A DNA stretch of 64,000 nucleotides from Callorhinchus milii (GCF_018977255.1 NW_024704743.1:108316001-108380000), one strand, 5' to 3'; positions 13,581-24,572 are shown, counted from the first letter of the stretch. A program made the numbers and translations. The notes: generated by a model from the sequence alone, not told the origin.

Positions 13581-14834
13581 ACAACAACAACAACAACAAG
13601 ATTCCATTTATAGAGCGCCTTTCATGTCGAGAGGACGTCCCAAGGCGCTGTACAGTTGGGTCAGGACCCGAGCATGGGGGAAATGGTCAGGGTGAGGGGA
13701 GGGAAGGGAGGAAGCGAGGAGGGGGTAGAGAGTCGAAAGGGGAGCTGAAGGCACGGTCAAAGAGAAAGGTCTTGAGACCGGCCTTGAAGGAGGAAAGGGA
13801 GGAGGCAAGGCAAAGGTACTGGGGGATAGAGTTCCAGAGCCTCCAGGCTGAGAGGCTGAAGGCCCGGCCACCGATGGTAGGGCGGTTGGGGCGGGGGATG
13901 TGGAGCAGACCGGAGCCAGAGAAACGGAGGGTACAGGCACGTAGGTAGGGGGATAGTAGGTCGGAGAGGTAGGGGGAGCAAGGTCGTGAATGGCCTTGTA
14001 GGTGAGGATGAGGATCTTGAAATTGATCCTCTGGGGGATGGGGAGCCAGTGGAGGCGAGCGATGTGGTCACGAAGCCTGGTGTGGGACAGTACACGAGCT
14101 GCAGAGTTCTGAATGACCTGCAGCTTGTGGAGGGAGGTGCCGGGAAGGCCGGCGAGGAGAGTGTTCCCATAGCCCAGCCTTGAGGTGATAAAGGCGTGGA
14201 CCAGAGTTTCAGCAGCGTGAGGGGTGAGGTAGTGCCGTAGTCTGGTGACATTCCGGAGGTGATGGAAGGTGGTGCCAGTTGTGGTGCGGATATGAGGGAG
14301 AAAGGACAGCTCAGGGTCGAAGAGAACACCGAGGTTCCTGACCGGCTTTGAGAGGTGGAGAGTGCAGCCTTGGATGCTGATGCTGTCAGCACCTGAGGTG
14401 CGGAGGCGCTGACGCGAGCCAATCAGGAAGGCTTCAGTTTTACGCACGTTGAGCTGAAGAAAGTTGTCTCTCGTCCAGGACTCGATGTCGGACAGGCAGG
14501 TTGTCAGGACATCGGTGGTCGTGGAGTTGAGGGTAGAGGAGGAAAGGTAGAGTTGGGTGTCATCCGCATACATGTGGAAGTTAACCCCATGTCTGCGGAT
14601 GATGTCACCAAGGGGGAGCATATAGAGGGTGAAGAGGAGGGGACCGAGGACAGAGCCCTGAAGGACACCGCACGAGACAGTGCGGGGGCTGGAGGAAAAA
14701 CCCATTCGTGGAAACAAAGTGAAGACGGTGGGAGAGGTACGACCTAAACAACTCAAGGACAGGGCCTTGAAGGTTGAGGTGGGAGGATAAGCGGTGGAGG
14801 AGGATAGCATGGTCGACCGTATCGAATGCCGCAT
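13581..14834 (-). mobile_element. L2-clade LINE, 5'-truncated, with RT domain (YADDTQ), 3' stem-loop and (GTT)n tail
   Basis: ORF 13608..14834 has [20 protein letters not shown] and LHWLPI motifs; tail abuts a SINE. Confidence 0.95.
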
Positions 14835-15200
14835 TGAATTATTATTATTATTAATAATGTTTGTGTAGCACAGCTTTCCATCGTTGAATGAATCAATAGA
14901 TATGTTACCACAAGATTTATTTTGGTCATTTGGGTGTCTGATACATATGGAAACCCATCACCATGTTTAAGAGTATGCAACCAGATTGAAGAATTCCACG
15001 TTTATCACCTACATATGGAAATACCTGTGTCTGAAAGGGAATACATGTTCTCCTTCCCGAGAGGGATGTATCCTGCTTACCTAATCCAGGAGAGTATTAG
15101 GTGCAGGTTGGCAAGAGCCAAGACTTGGGCACCCCAGAGTGTGCATTGGAGTACTGCTGGATTTAAACAGCTAAAATACAAAATCATAATTTCAAGTTAC

Positions 15201-15285
15201 CTCAATTGTAAGATTATAGAAGATAGCTGCCAATTTAGCATATGAAGATGTCATGATGTTTACTCCACCACCTGGATAGAGCAAC
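15201..15285 (-). CDS. GGH: GGH coding exon 4 (GLLYPGGGVNIMTSSYAKLAAIFYNLTIE)
   Basis: 85-nt exon; tttcag acceptor, GAG|GTAAC donor, PGG motif. Confidence 0.95.
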
Positions 15286-15477
15286 CTGAAAACAAATGCA
15301 CAACACTGTCACTTTAAAGCATTGTTTCAAGATCTTTAAGCCTATGAGAAAAAATTGTGTTGCAATGATTCAAATGACCAACACCCATCTTTACTCCAAT
15401 GGTCAGGGAACATAGAGATCAAATAGTTGATGGGCTGTTTTCACTTGTTGAAGAGTCTGAATGTGACTTACACTATC

Positions 15478-15985
15478 AACAACAATTTACATTTATATAG
15501 TGCCTTTCGGGTCAGGAGGATGTTGCAAACTGCTTCACGCAGGTGACTGGGAGCCAGAGCTGGGGGAGGGTGCAGATGACTAAAAGTTGAGTCAAAACCA
15601 TAGGTGTTCAGGTGAATTTTGAAGGTAGAGAAGGAGGAGGCAAGGTGGATGGACTTTAGCATGGAATTCTGGAGAGCTAGGGCAGAGTGGCTGAAAGTTG
15701 TGCTGTAAATTTCTATGGTTTTATAAAGATAGGCCAGATTGCATGTGGGACATGAAGCAGGCCAGAGATTGCCAAGCAGAAGGAGTGGCTGGGGGAGTAG
15801 GATCACAGGAGGTCACACAGATAAAGGGGAGCAATCCGCTGAGGATATGGGGAGCCAGTGGAGAAGAGCAAGGATTGGGGTGATGGGATCCCCAAGCCTG
15901 ATGCTGGAGATGAAATGGGCTGTAGAGTTCTGGATGGTCTGTATCTTGTGTAGGGATGAGCAGGGGAGACTGGCGATAATCGCAG
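15478..15985 (-). mobile_element. Older L2 3' fragment, GGH intron 3
   Basis: QNSTA...LHWLP remnants and L2-type tail. Confidence 0.8.
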
Positions 15986-16105
15986 CCAATGTAACCCTAC
16001 ATTTAAAAATAGTCAATTCTCAGTAAATGGTTGGTGATGGTTCACAGACCCAAGCAAAAAAATCAGATTACCGCGATTTAATGAACTGCTGGCTGCATGA
16101 CTCAC

Positions 16106-16156
16106 CCATTTATAGAATAAAAGAGCTTCTTGCATTCATCTTCAGACAAATTAATG
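16106..16156 (-). CDS. GGH: GGH coding exon 3 (S-INLSEDECKKLFYSING)
   Basis: 51-nt exon not in the ORF track; cctacag acceptor, GG|GTGAG donor, LF-SING motif. Confidence 0.94.
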
Positions 16157-16609
16157 CTGTAGGAAAAATAAAAATATCATCTGGATTAGATTAATTCTGT
16201 TACATCAAAAATGAATGTGCTGTGTGCAAGGAGCTCTTGTTCAGAAAAACACAATACTGTACTGTATGCAACCAGAAGAGATATCAAACTATTAATACTT
16301 AATTCTGAAATATGCATTGCACACTATCCTCAGGGCAACCAAACTAGTCACAAACAAGACTATTGACTATTGTAATTGGTATATTGTCAGAGGTGACATA
16401 ATTCAGTTAAACTGAAGTCACATCTGTCTGTTCAGATGGACTTTAAAAATCCAATGGCACTATTCAAAAAGAGAAGATTTTCCTGGTGTCCTGGCCAATA
16501 AACTTCTCAATAAAATTGGTCATCCGCTTAATTGCGGTTTGTAGGAAACTGCTGTGTGCAAACTGGCTACTGTGTTTGCCTACAAAATACGGTTGCTGCA
16601 CTTTACTCG

Positions 16610-17033
16610 CAGTTCGTAGATCCTTGTCCTCACTTTCAAGGCCATCCATGGCCTTGCCCCCCCGTACCTCTTTGACCTGCTGATATCCCTACCAACCTGC
16701 CCGCTCCCTCCATTCAGCGGGCTCCAGCCTGCTCCATGTCTCCTGCCCGACCCCCCCTACCATCGGTGATCGGGCTTTCAGCCTCTCTGCCCCCACACTC
16801 TGGAACTCCATCCCACTGCCCCCTTGCCTCGCTTCCTCCCTTGCCTCCTCCAAGTCCGGTCTCAAGACCCTTCTCTTCGATCGTGCCTTTTGTTTCTCTC
16901 CCACCTCTCTGCCTTCCCTCACCCCTACACCACCCCTCCCCCATGTTCGGGCCCCGACACCTGACTGTTCAGCGCTTTGGGACATCCTCCCGATATGAAA
17001 GGTGCTCCATAAATGTAATTTTGTTGTTGTTGT
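16610..17033 (+). mobile_element. L2 3' fragment nested inside an older SINE (about 16420-17110)
   Basis: SINE sequence cactttac|agtaaattctgtgaa is split by the L2 copy. Confidence 0.85.
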
Positions 17034-17509
17034 TTACAGTAAATTCTGTGAAACGCTTTGAGACATCATTCCAACAGGAAAGGCACCACATCAAATGCAA
17101 GGATTATTAATGTCCAAACTTATCAAAGAAACAAAATGTATTATATTGAAAAAGGTTGAAATCTGGTTTATACCAAAGTATCTGTTACGCAAAGATTGCG
17201 CTTCAAAAATATTGTTGACTCGAACCAGCAATTAAATCAGCTTGTGATTTGGCCACAGTAGACATGTTATATATCATTGATTATCAAAAATAGATTAGCT
17301 AACAAAATACTGGGTTAGTAGCTGCCAAACATTTTATAAAAATATTAACAACGATCCTTACATTTGAAATAGCGTTTTTCACACCAGGAGGACGGCTCAA
17401 AGCACTTCACAGTATATACTATAAAGTGCAGTGACTGTGTGTATTTTGTGGGTGAACATCAACCAACAATGCACAGCAATGTCCCACAAACAGCCATGAG
17501 TTGGATGAC

Positions 17510-17822
17510 AATAATAATAATCCTTGCATTTGATATAGCGCTTTTTACGTTGGGAGGACGTCCCAAAGCGCTTCACAGAACACACTGTAAAGTGAATTGA
17601 CTGTATATTTGTGGGCGAACGCGGCAGCCAATTGCGCACAGCAATGTCCCACAAACAGTCGTAGATTGAAAATGACCAATTTTATTATTGTTTTTTTTGG
17701 AGGGATTATTATTAGGCGTGTGGAGTAAGGAAACTTGCCCAAGGTTTCGCCCTGCCTGGAATTGAACTCAGGTCTCTCGCTTGTACAGCGAGTGCTCTAA
17801 CCACTGAGCTACAGGACTCCAC
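17510..17822 (-). mobile_element. Young SINE, short type, full length, GGH intron 2 (adjacent to an older SINE piece at 17350-17509)
   Basis: Reverse complement of the 40501 family. Confidence 0.92.
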
Positions 17823-17869
17823 AAAATTACAATTACAACTGAATTACAATTGTTATTTGGGGAATTGTG

Positions 17870-17975
17870 AAATAAAAACAAAAATCACTGGGAACACTCA
17901 GCAGGCCAGGCAGCATTAATGCAGAGAGGAAAATTAGTTAATGTTTCAGGCTAATGACCTTTCATCAGAGTTTTG
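17870..17975 (-). mobile_element. Penelope-like element terminal-repeat fragment with a hammerhead-like core; second copy at about 2571-2700 (+)
   Basis: CTGATGA-A-AGGT catta GCCT-GAAA followed by gctgcctggcctgctgagtgttcccag, which is shared with the 2571-2700 copy. Confidence 0.6.
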
Positions 17976-19132
17976 TTTGATAGGAGTATGAGGCTCCAAG
18001 TTCATGTTTCAACAAGAAATGCTTTGAATGAAGATGGGGGAAGAAGTGTGATTTGCATGCAGCATGTTTATGAAACATGAATCTCCAACACAATTTTTGC
18101 CAAACATACAATACAATCGTAGAATGAGATTATTTCTTCAGGCTGATTTGTGTGAATACACGAGCTAATAAGATATAGCAACAGTTGACCTTTACCAAGT
18201 CCATGCATTAAGATAATAGTCTCCCAAAATCCTTGAACCAGAGAGATGAAGAAAAGATCAACTGAATTACAAGACTCAAAACTTTGCTACAAATCTACCA
18301 GAGAACAGAACCAATATCTAAGGAAAGTCATATTATGTAGACTACAATTATACCTGATGTGCCCAATTCCTCAAACCAAATTTGAATATGAAGATTCTTA
18401 TATTTAATAATCCATTGGATCAATCGTACTCTTCGTACAAGTCTTCTCTTTCAAGTTCTGCTACCATATATCACTACCACAGGACAATGTTCCCTGGAGC
18501 AGTTGTTCAAACAGAAAAACATTGCACCTTCACTTGAGAAAAACAGATAGTAAGAGACAGTCTGCACCGATAGCCTCAGGGAACCATCAAATTACACCTC
18601 ATCATACAATGAAAATTACAGATAGCTTTCAACTTGTTTATTGCTTCAAGAAATGGAATGTCATTTCCCTTCAATATATTCCTCACCTGTAGCTATTCCC
18701 TTTCAATTTATATTTAAATCCACCACTTCTTAATTTGCATCCTAAATGTCAAATGGATTAACGGATCATTCTTGACAGATGGGCAGTGTTACTAAACAAA
18801 TGGTTGTTTTACTGGTAGAATTGTAGTATGAACTGGGATTCAGATGAGCTGCACTTTCCATTAGTTAGTTATGTGCTGCACAATCCAGGAACCGCACAGT
18901 CAAATTTGGATCAGGACTATTTTTGCTATTCCAAGTGCTACTCAGTCATCATACCAGAATAGAAGCACAAGATGGGGTAATCTTGGAGACACTTGCTATG
19001 CAGAAATGTAAAGTGCTGTACTTAAATGTTTAAACATGCATGCATCGGCTCTCATAGTGTTACAGGGGTGTCCACTAAGCAGAAATATGGGTTTATTCTA
19101 CGTAAACAGTGTAAATTGAGGTCTGAACCCAC

Positions 19133-19244
19133 CTTATGGGCACAACTCTTGCACCAGCAGATTCGAGATGCTTAACATATGAAGCAGCAATATAGCTTTT
19201 GCCAAACTTGTTAAGTTCACCGTATGTTTTCTGCGTCAGTACAC
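19133..19244 (-). CDS. GGH: GGH coding exon 2 ([37 protein letters not shown])
   Basis: [19 protein letters not shown] hallmark; acceptor tcttag, donor AG|GTGGG; phases match the neighbouring exons. Confidence 0.96.
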
Positions 19245-19852
19245 CTAAGACAAGCAAAACAAAAGCTATTGTCAATGGAGTACAGCTATACCAAATGTTT
19301 CAAGTAGTATCCACATAATGCCCATTAGCTGTGTATTGTATCTTTTGCATAGGCAATAATTAGGCACATCATATAGAAAACAAAGATTTTCAGACCATTC
19401 CATCCATTGAGTCAATTCCCTTCTACCTGAATTATTAAATCACCTTGTTGCTGTGCATAATTCCCCACGACATACATAGTCACTCCATGTTTCAGTAAAA
19501 TCCTATGAAGAGCTTGGAGTCGCCCTCCCAATGTGAAAGGCGCTATATCAAATGCAAGAATTATTATTATTTATTTTTATTAATCCAGCTCTGTCTACAT
19601 ATCCCTTAATTTTTTAAAAAACTGTCTAAGTGTGTTTATTCAGATTCCAGGATAATCATCTGGGCAGTATCTGGATCTACATGTGTAAATAAGCACCACA
19701 AGGTGTTATAACAATTTGTGTTACATCTGAACTGACGTACTGACTGAAAGACAAGTTTATTAAATCTACAAAAAAAATGTTTAGAATAATAGGCAAAACA
19801 ACACACTCGATCCTGTTGTTACACCGCACTGAGTTGATTCAGTTAATTGAAA

Positions 19853-20085
19853 TATAATAATTATCCTTGCATTTGATATAGCGCCTTATCACATCTTCGA
19901 GTCGTCTCAAAGCGCTTCACAGAATATACCGTAAAGCAAGTTGACTGTATATTTTGTTGATGAAACCGAGCAGCCAATTGTACACACAAACAAACAGTCG
20001 TGGATTGAGTGACCAATAGATTATTATATTTTTGAAGGAATTATTACTCCCGGAAAAGCGATCCGCCAATCGACTAAGAACCGGA
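19853..20085 (-). mobile_element. SINE, long type, 5'-truncated
   Basis: Family tail and middle sequence. Confidence 0.85.
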
Positions 20086-21085
20086 TGAATGATAGCCTCA
20101 ATTTTCAAATGGATACATCAGTATGAGACTTGATTTTTAAAAAAATATTTTTACAGCAACTGATCACATTGAAAGAAGTTAACTAGAGGATTGTTGTCCA
20201 GACACAGGGCGAAACTCAGTTCTCTTTTTTGAATAGTGTCACAGGATTTCGAATATCCGTCTGGAAAATGAGCAGATAGAATCTCGGCTAAACATCTCAT
20301 CCGAAAGACAGCACGTCTGACAATTCAGAGTTTCCCCAGTAATGCCCGACTCTAGACTAAGAGTTCAAGTGCTAGAACTAGAAGATGTAGTTTTAAAATC
20401 ATATCTGGGAGGTCCAGAACAGAGATGTGTAGAGAGTGGTGGGAGTGTGGAATTGTCTGCCACAGTAGTTGTTGGGATGACAATCAAGTGCACATTCAAA
20501 AAAAAGACTGGACAACAACAAGTGCTATCCTTCAGGTGCAATGTTAAAACAAGGTTGTGTCTGCCCATTCTAGTGGATTTTACCAATCCTGTGGGATTAT
20601 TTGAAAAGAGTTTCTCCCAGTGAACAGGCCAACATTCCCCAGGTAAAATTGATCATTAACTCCTTGGCTCCTGAGATAATCAATTTGTATGGGCATTTTC
20701 TTAGAATTGCCATAGCTGGATTGTATAATAACAGTCATTCATGTTTCCCTGGTGATGTAAGGAGGGATAAACTGCTGCAATAAGCAGAGATTGAACAACC
20801 TATCATAAACTGCTTATTCCCAAATGAGGAATTGAAACAGACTGATTGCAGTCACATGTAACCAGTGGAAACCTCTCCCACTGCAGAGTATAATTTGATT
20901 TTATGAGGCAATTGTAAAGGTACCTGGAGTAATGTCTATCCAAAGTACCTTCGCAACATGTCTTATTTGATCTGATAGCAGCAACCTATTAACTAAGAGA
21001 AATGTGCTCTCTGTTCATTGGTCTGCTATTCGACATCTCTTAATCTGGTTACTAATTTAATACCAATCTCCTCTCCCTCAATCAT

Positions 21086-22973
21086 TCTCTAGTCTGACAC
21101 TAGTAATCTCGGTCTCTAGTCTGACGCTAGTAATCGTGGTCTCTAGTCTGACGCTAGTAATCTTGGTCTCTAGTCTGACGCTAGTAATCTCGGTCTCTAG
21201 TCTGACGCTAGTAATCTTGGTCTCTAGTCTGACGCTAGTAATCTCGGTCTCTCGGTCTCTAGCCTGACGCTAGTAATCTCAGTCTCTAGCCTGACGCTAG
21301 TAATCTCGGTCTCTAGCCTGACACTAGTAATCTCGGTCTCCAGTCTGATACTAGTAATCTCGGTCTCTAGTCTGACACTAGTAATCTTGGTCTCCAGTCT
21401 CACGCTAGTAATCTCGGTCTCTATTCTCACGATAGTAATCTCGGTCTCTCGTTCTCTCATCTGACTCTAGTAGTCTCGGTCTCTAGTCTGACACTAGTAA
21501 TCTCGGTCTCTAGTCTGACACTAGTAATCTTGGTCTCTCGTCTCACGCTAGTAATCTCGGTCTCTAGTCTGACGCTAGTAATCTCGGTCTCTAGCCTGAC
21601 ACTAGTAATCTCGGTCTCCAGTCTGACGCCAGTAATATCGGTCTCTAGTCTGACGCTAGTAATCTCGGTCTCTAGCCTGACACTAGTAATCTCGGTCTCC
21701 AGTCTGACGCCAGTAATATCGGTCTCTAGCCTGACGCTAGTAATCTCGATCTCTAGCCTGACACTAGTAATCTCGGTCTCTAGTCTGACGCTAGTAATCT
21801 CGGTCTCTCGTTCTCTCGTCTGACTCTAGTAGTCTCGGTCTCTAGTCTGACACTAGTAATCTTGGTCTCTCGTCTCACGCTAGTAATCTCGGTCTCTAGT
21901 CTGAAGCTAGTAATCTCGTTCTCGAGCCTGACACTAGTAATCTCGGTCTCCAGTCTGACACTAGTAATCTCGGTCTCTAGTCTGACACTAGTAATCTCGG
22001 TCTCCAGTCTGATGCCAGTAATATCGGTTCGAATTCAAGATCCTCATCACTCACCTACAAGGCCATTCACGGCCTTGCTCCCTCCTACCTCTCCAACCTA
22101 CTATCCCCCTACCTACCTGCCCGTACCCTCCGTTCCTCTGGCTCTGGTCTGCTCCACGTCCCCCGCCCCAACCGCCCTACCATCGGTGGCCGGGCCTTCA
22201 GCCTCTCAGCCCCCAGGCTCTGGAACTCCATCCCCCAGTGCCTTCGCCTTGCTTCCTCCCTTTCCTCCTTCAAGGCCGGTCTCAAAACCTTTCTCTTTGA
22301 CCGAGCCTTCAGCTCCCCTCTCGATTCTCTTCCCCCTCCTCGCTCCCTCCCTTCTCTCCCCTCACCCTGACCATTTCCCCCCTCCTTGCTCCCTCCCTTC
22401 CCTCCCCTCACCATTTCCCCCCTGCTCGGGTCATGACCCAACTGTGCAGCGCCTTGGGACGTCCTCCTGACGTGAAAGGCGCTTTATAAATGGAATCTTG
22501 TTGTTGTTGTTGTTGTCGTCTCCAGTCTGACGCTAGTAATCTCGGTCTCTAGTCTGACACTAGTAATCTCGGTCTCCAGTCTGACACCAGTAATCTCGGT
22601 CTCCAGTCTGACGCCAGTAATCTCGGTCTCTAGTCTGATGCTAGTAATCTCGGTCTCTAGTCTGACGCTAGTAATCTCGGTCTCTAGTCTGACGCTAGTA
22701 ATCTCGGTCTCCAGTCTCACGCCAGTAATCTCGGTCTCCAGTTTTACGCTAGTAATCTCGGTCACTAGTCTTACGCTAGTAATCTCGGTCTCGTCTCACG
22801 CTGGTAATCTCGGTCGCTAGTATCACGCTAGTAATCTCGGTTGCTAGTCTCATGCTAGTAATCTCGGTCGCTTGTCTCACGCTAGTAATCTCGGTCGCTA
22901 GTCTCACGCTAGTAATCTCGGTCTCCAGTCTCACGCTGGTAATCTCGGTCTCTAGTCTCATGCTAGTAATCTC
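21086..22973. repeat. 27-bp tandem repeat array (consensus ctagtaatctcggtctctagtctgacg), roughly 50 units, in GGH intron 1, split by an L2 fragment
   Basis: Directly visible periodicity; translates as (ETEITSVRL)n / (LVISVSSLT)n in the ORF track. Confidence 0.97.
22029..22516 (+). mobile_element. Young L2 LINE 3' fragment inserted in the 27-bp array
   Basis: Very similar to the reverse complement of 13581-14030; (TTG)n tail; array phase resumes after it. Confidence 0.93.
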
Positions 22974-23014
22974 ACAGTAACCTGCTCGTGGCTGTTAGAG
23001 ATTATGTCTCTTAC

Positions 23015-23123
23015 CGATGATTGGCCGCTGGTTGAGTTGTGTGACTGGCGCCGCACAGACCGTGTCCCAGTCCCGGCGCAGAGACAGGCTCAGGAGCAGG
23101 AGCAGGAGCGGCAAGCGGAACAT
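23015..23123 (-). CDS. GGH: GGH coding exon 1 (signal peptide; MFRLPLLLLLLSLSLRRDWDTVCAAPVTQLNQRPII-G)
   Basis: ATG at 23123, Leu-rich signal peptide, RPIIG motif, donor G|GTAAG at 23014. Confidence 0.93.
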
Positions 23124-23129
23124 GTCTGC

Positions 23130-23330
23130 GGGGCTGAGCTGGCAGTCTGCACGGCACTTCCTGCTTCTCTCTCCCTCTCCACACTCCGCTGCTGCTCTGT
23201 GCAGCTTGTGTGAGTGAGAGGCTGCGGAAGTCACTTCCTACTTTGCATCTAAAGCCAACGATCTGCAAACTTCCTCCTGTAGACTCTGTACTGACCAAAT
23301 GACACTGAACTCTGTGCCAAAAGGGGTGGG
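23130..23330 (-). promoter_or_regulatory. GGH 5' UTR / proximal promoter with inverted ETS pair GGAAGT-C-ACTTCC (23226-23238)
   Basis: Unique GC-rich stretch between the ATG and the upstream minisatellite; perfect palindromic ETS cores. Confidence 0.5.
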
Positions 23331-23331
23331 G

Positions 23332-23789
23332 CTGTAACCCTCTTGCTGTGCTGTGTGTGTGTGTGGGGGGGGAGGGGGTCTGTAACCCTCTTGTGCTCTG
23401 TGTGTGGGGTCTGTAACCCTCTTGCTGTGCTCTGTGTGTGGGGGGGAGGGGGTCTGTAACCCTCTTGCTGTGCTGTGTGTGGGGGTCTGTAACCCTCTTG
23501 TGCTCTGTGTGTGGGGTCTGTACACCCTCTTGCTGTGCTCTGTGTGGGGCGGGGGGGGGGGGGGGGGGAGTTTGTAACCCTCTTGTTGTGCTGTGTGTGT
23601 GTGAGGGGGGGGTCTGTAACCCTCTTGTGTTCTGTGTGTGTGTGTGGGGGTCTGTACACCCTCTTGCTGTGCTCTGTGTGGGGCGGGAGGGGGGGGGGAG
23701 TTTGTAACCCTCTTGCTGTGCTGTGTGTGTGTGTGTGTGGGGGGGGTCTGTACACCCTCTTGCTGTGCTCTGAGTGGGGGAGGGGGTGT
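23332..23789. repeat. Compound minisatellite: 11 units of ctgtaaccctcttgctgtgct + (TG)n + G-run
   Basis: Units counted by eye; constant core with variable microsatellite and poly-G spacers. Confidence 0.93.
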
Positions 23790-24572
23790 CTGTCTCATCC
23801 GGAGTTTCACTCCCTTTGCCAATGGTCACTTTTGCCTTGACCTCCTCTCCTGTGCGCCTCCCTGCCCCCCACTGCTCGGGCATCGTGCCCATCCTGAATT
23901 TTGGGACATCCTCCTGGATGTGCAAGATGCTTATATCAGTATAAATTGCATTGTATTAAATTTCCCCCACTCCTTCGTCCTTCGATGTCAACACTGTTGA
24001 GTTACTTTCCATTTATGGCAATTGCATGTCACAGAGATACAAGAACCATTGCATTCTGCAGTATATGTAAAGAGCTTGTACTTGTTAATAAACTGAGTTT
24101 AAGATTAGTACAATAGGAAATAACTGTAATATGTTCAATCATATTTATTAAGCAGTATATTGTTGTGTTTCATTATTTCTGCCTGGTGTCAGCATGGCTC
24201 AGTTGCCTTTGAGCCAGAAGGTTGTAGGTACAAGCCACATTTCTGCCTGTTCAGATGGATGTCAAAAATCCATGGCTGAGTTAAGTGAACAAGTGCTTTC
24301 ATAAAATCCAAACCAAGATGAATTCCTCCAATTGTAAAAGAAATTTACAAGAAGAGGAGAACCACGCCGATCCTTGACTGTCTAGTCATTTCTGTTTAGA
24401 GTTAAGATGTTACTCTGGCCTATAATGCCTCCTACTGGCGGAGATATGGAACTAGTCATATTTTCTACTTCACTAAAATTAAACATGTTAAAATTAAATC
24501 AACAAATTTCAGATTGGTCTCGTAATCTGCCAACTAAGATTGACCCATTATTAAAAAGATGCCTTCACCATC

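Larger units (their letters stand above)
5990..23123 (-). other. GGH: GGH gene span (ATG to stop): gamma-glutamyl hydrolase, 9 coding exons, 957 nt CDS, 318 aa
   Basis: Joined exons of 109+112+51+85+139+107+94+138+122 nt give an uninterrupted frame with all GT-AG introns. Hydrophobic signal peptide, PGG oxyanion motif, GTCLG nucleophile and QWHPE His/Glu motif of class I glutamine amidotransferase-like peptidase C26. Confidence 0.97.

Noticed and set aside
13608..14834. 408-aa reverse transcriptase ORF as an active or host gene
   Set aside because: 5'-truncated L2 with no endonuclease domain; frames shift at both ends of the RT homology.
21086..22973. 27-bp array as a CRISPR array or as a repeat-protein gene (ETEITSVRL / LVISVSSLT ORFs)
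   Set aside because: Units are contiguous with no unique spacers and no cas genes, in a vertebrate intron. The open frames follow from a unit length divisible by 3, and read-through from exon 1 stops after KRHNL.
22995..23234. N-terminally extended GGH from the ORF track start at 23234
   Set aside because: The start is GTG. The ATG at 23123 gives a proper signal peptide and a typical total length of 318 aa.
23332..23789. Constant core with variable spacers, CRISPR-like; long ORFs such as 23011..23925
   Set aside because: The spacers are only (TG)n and G-runs, and the ORFs are low-complexity translations of the minisatellite.
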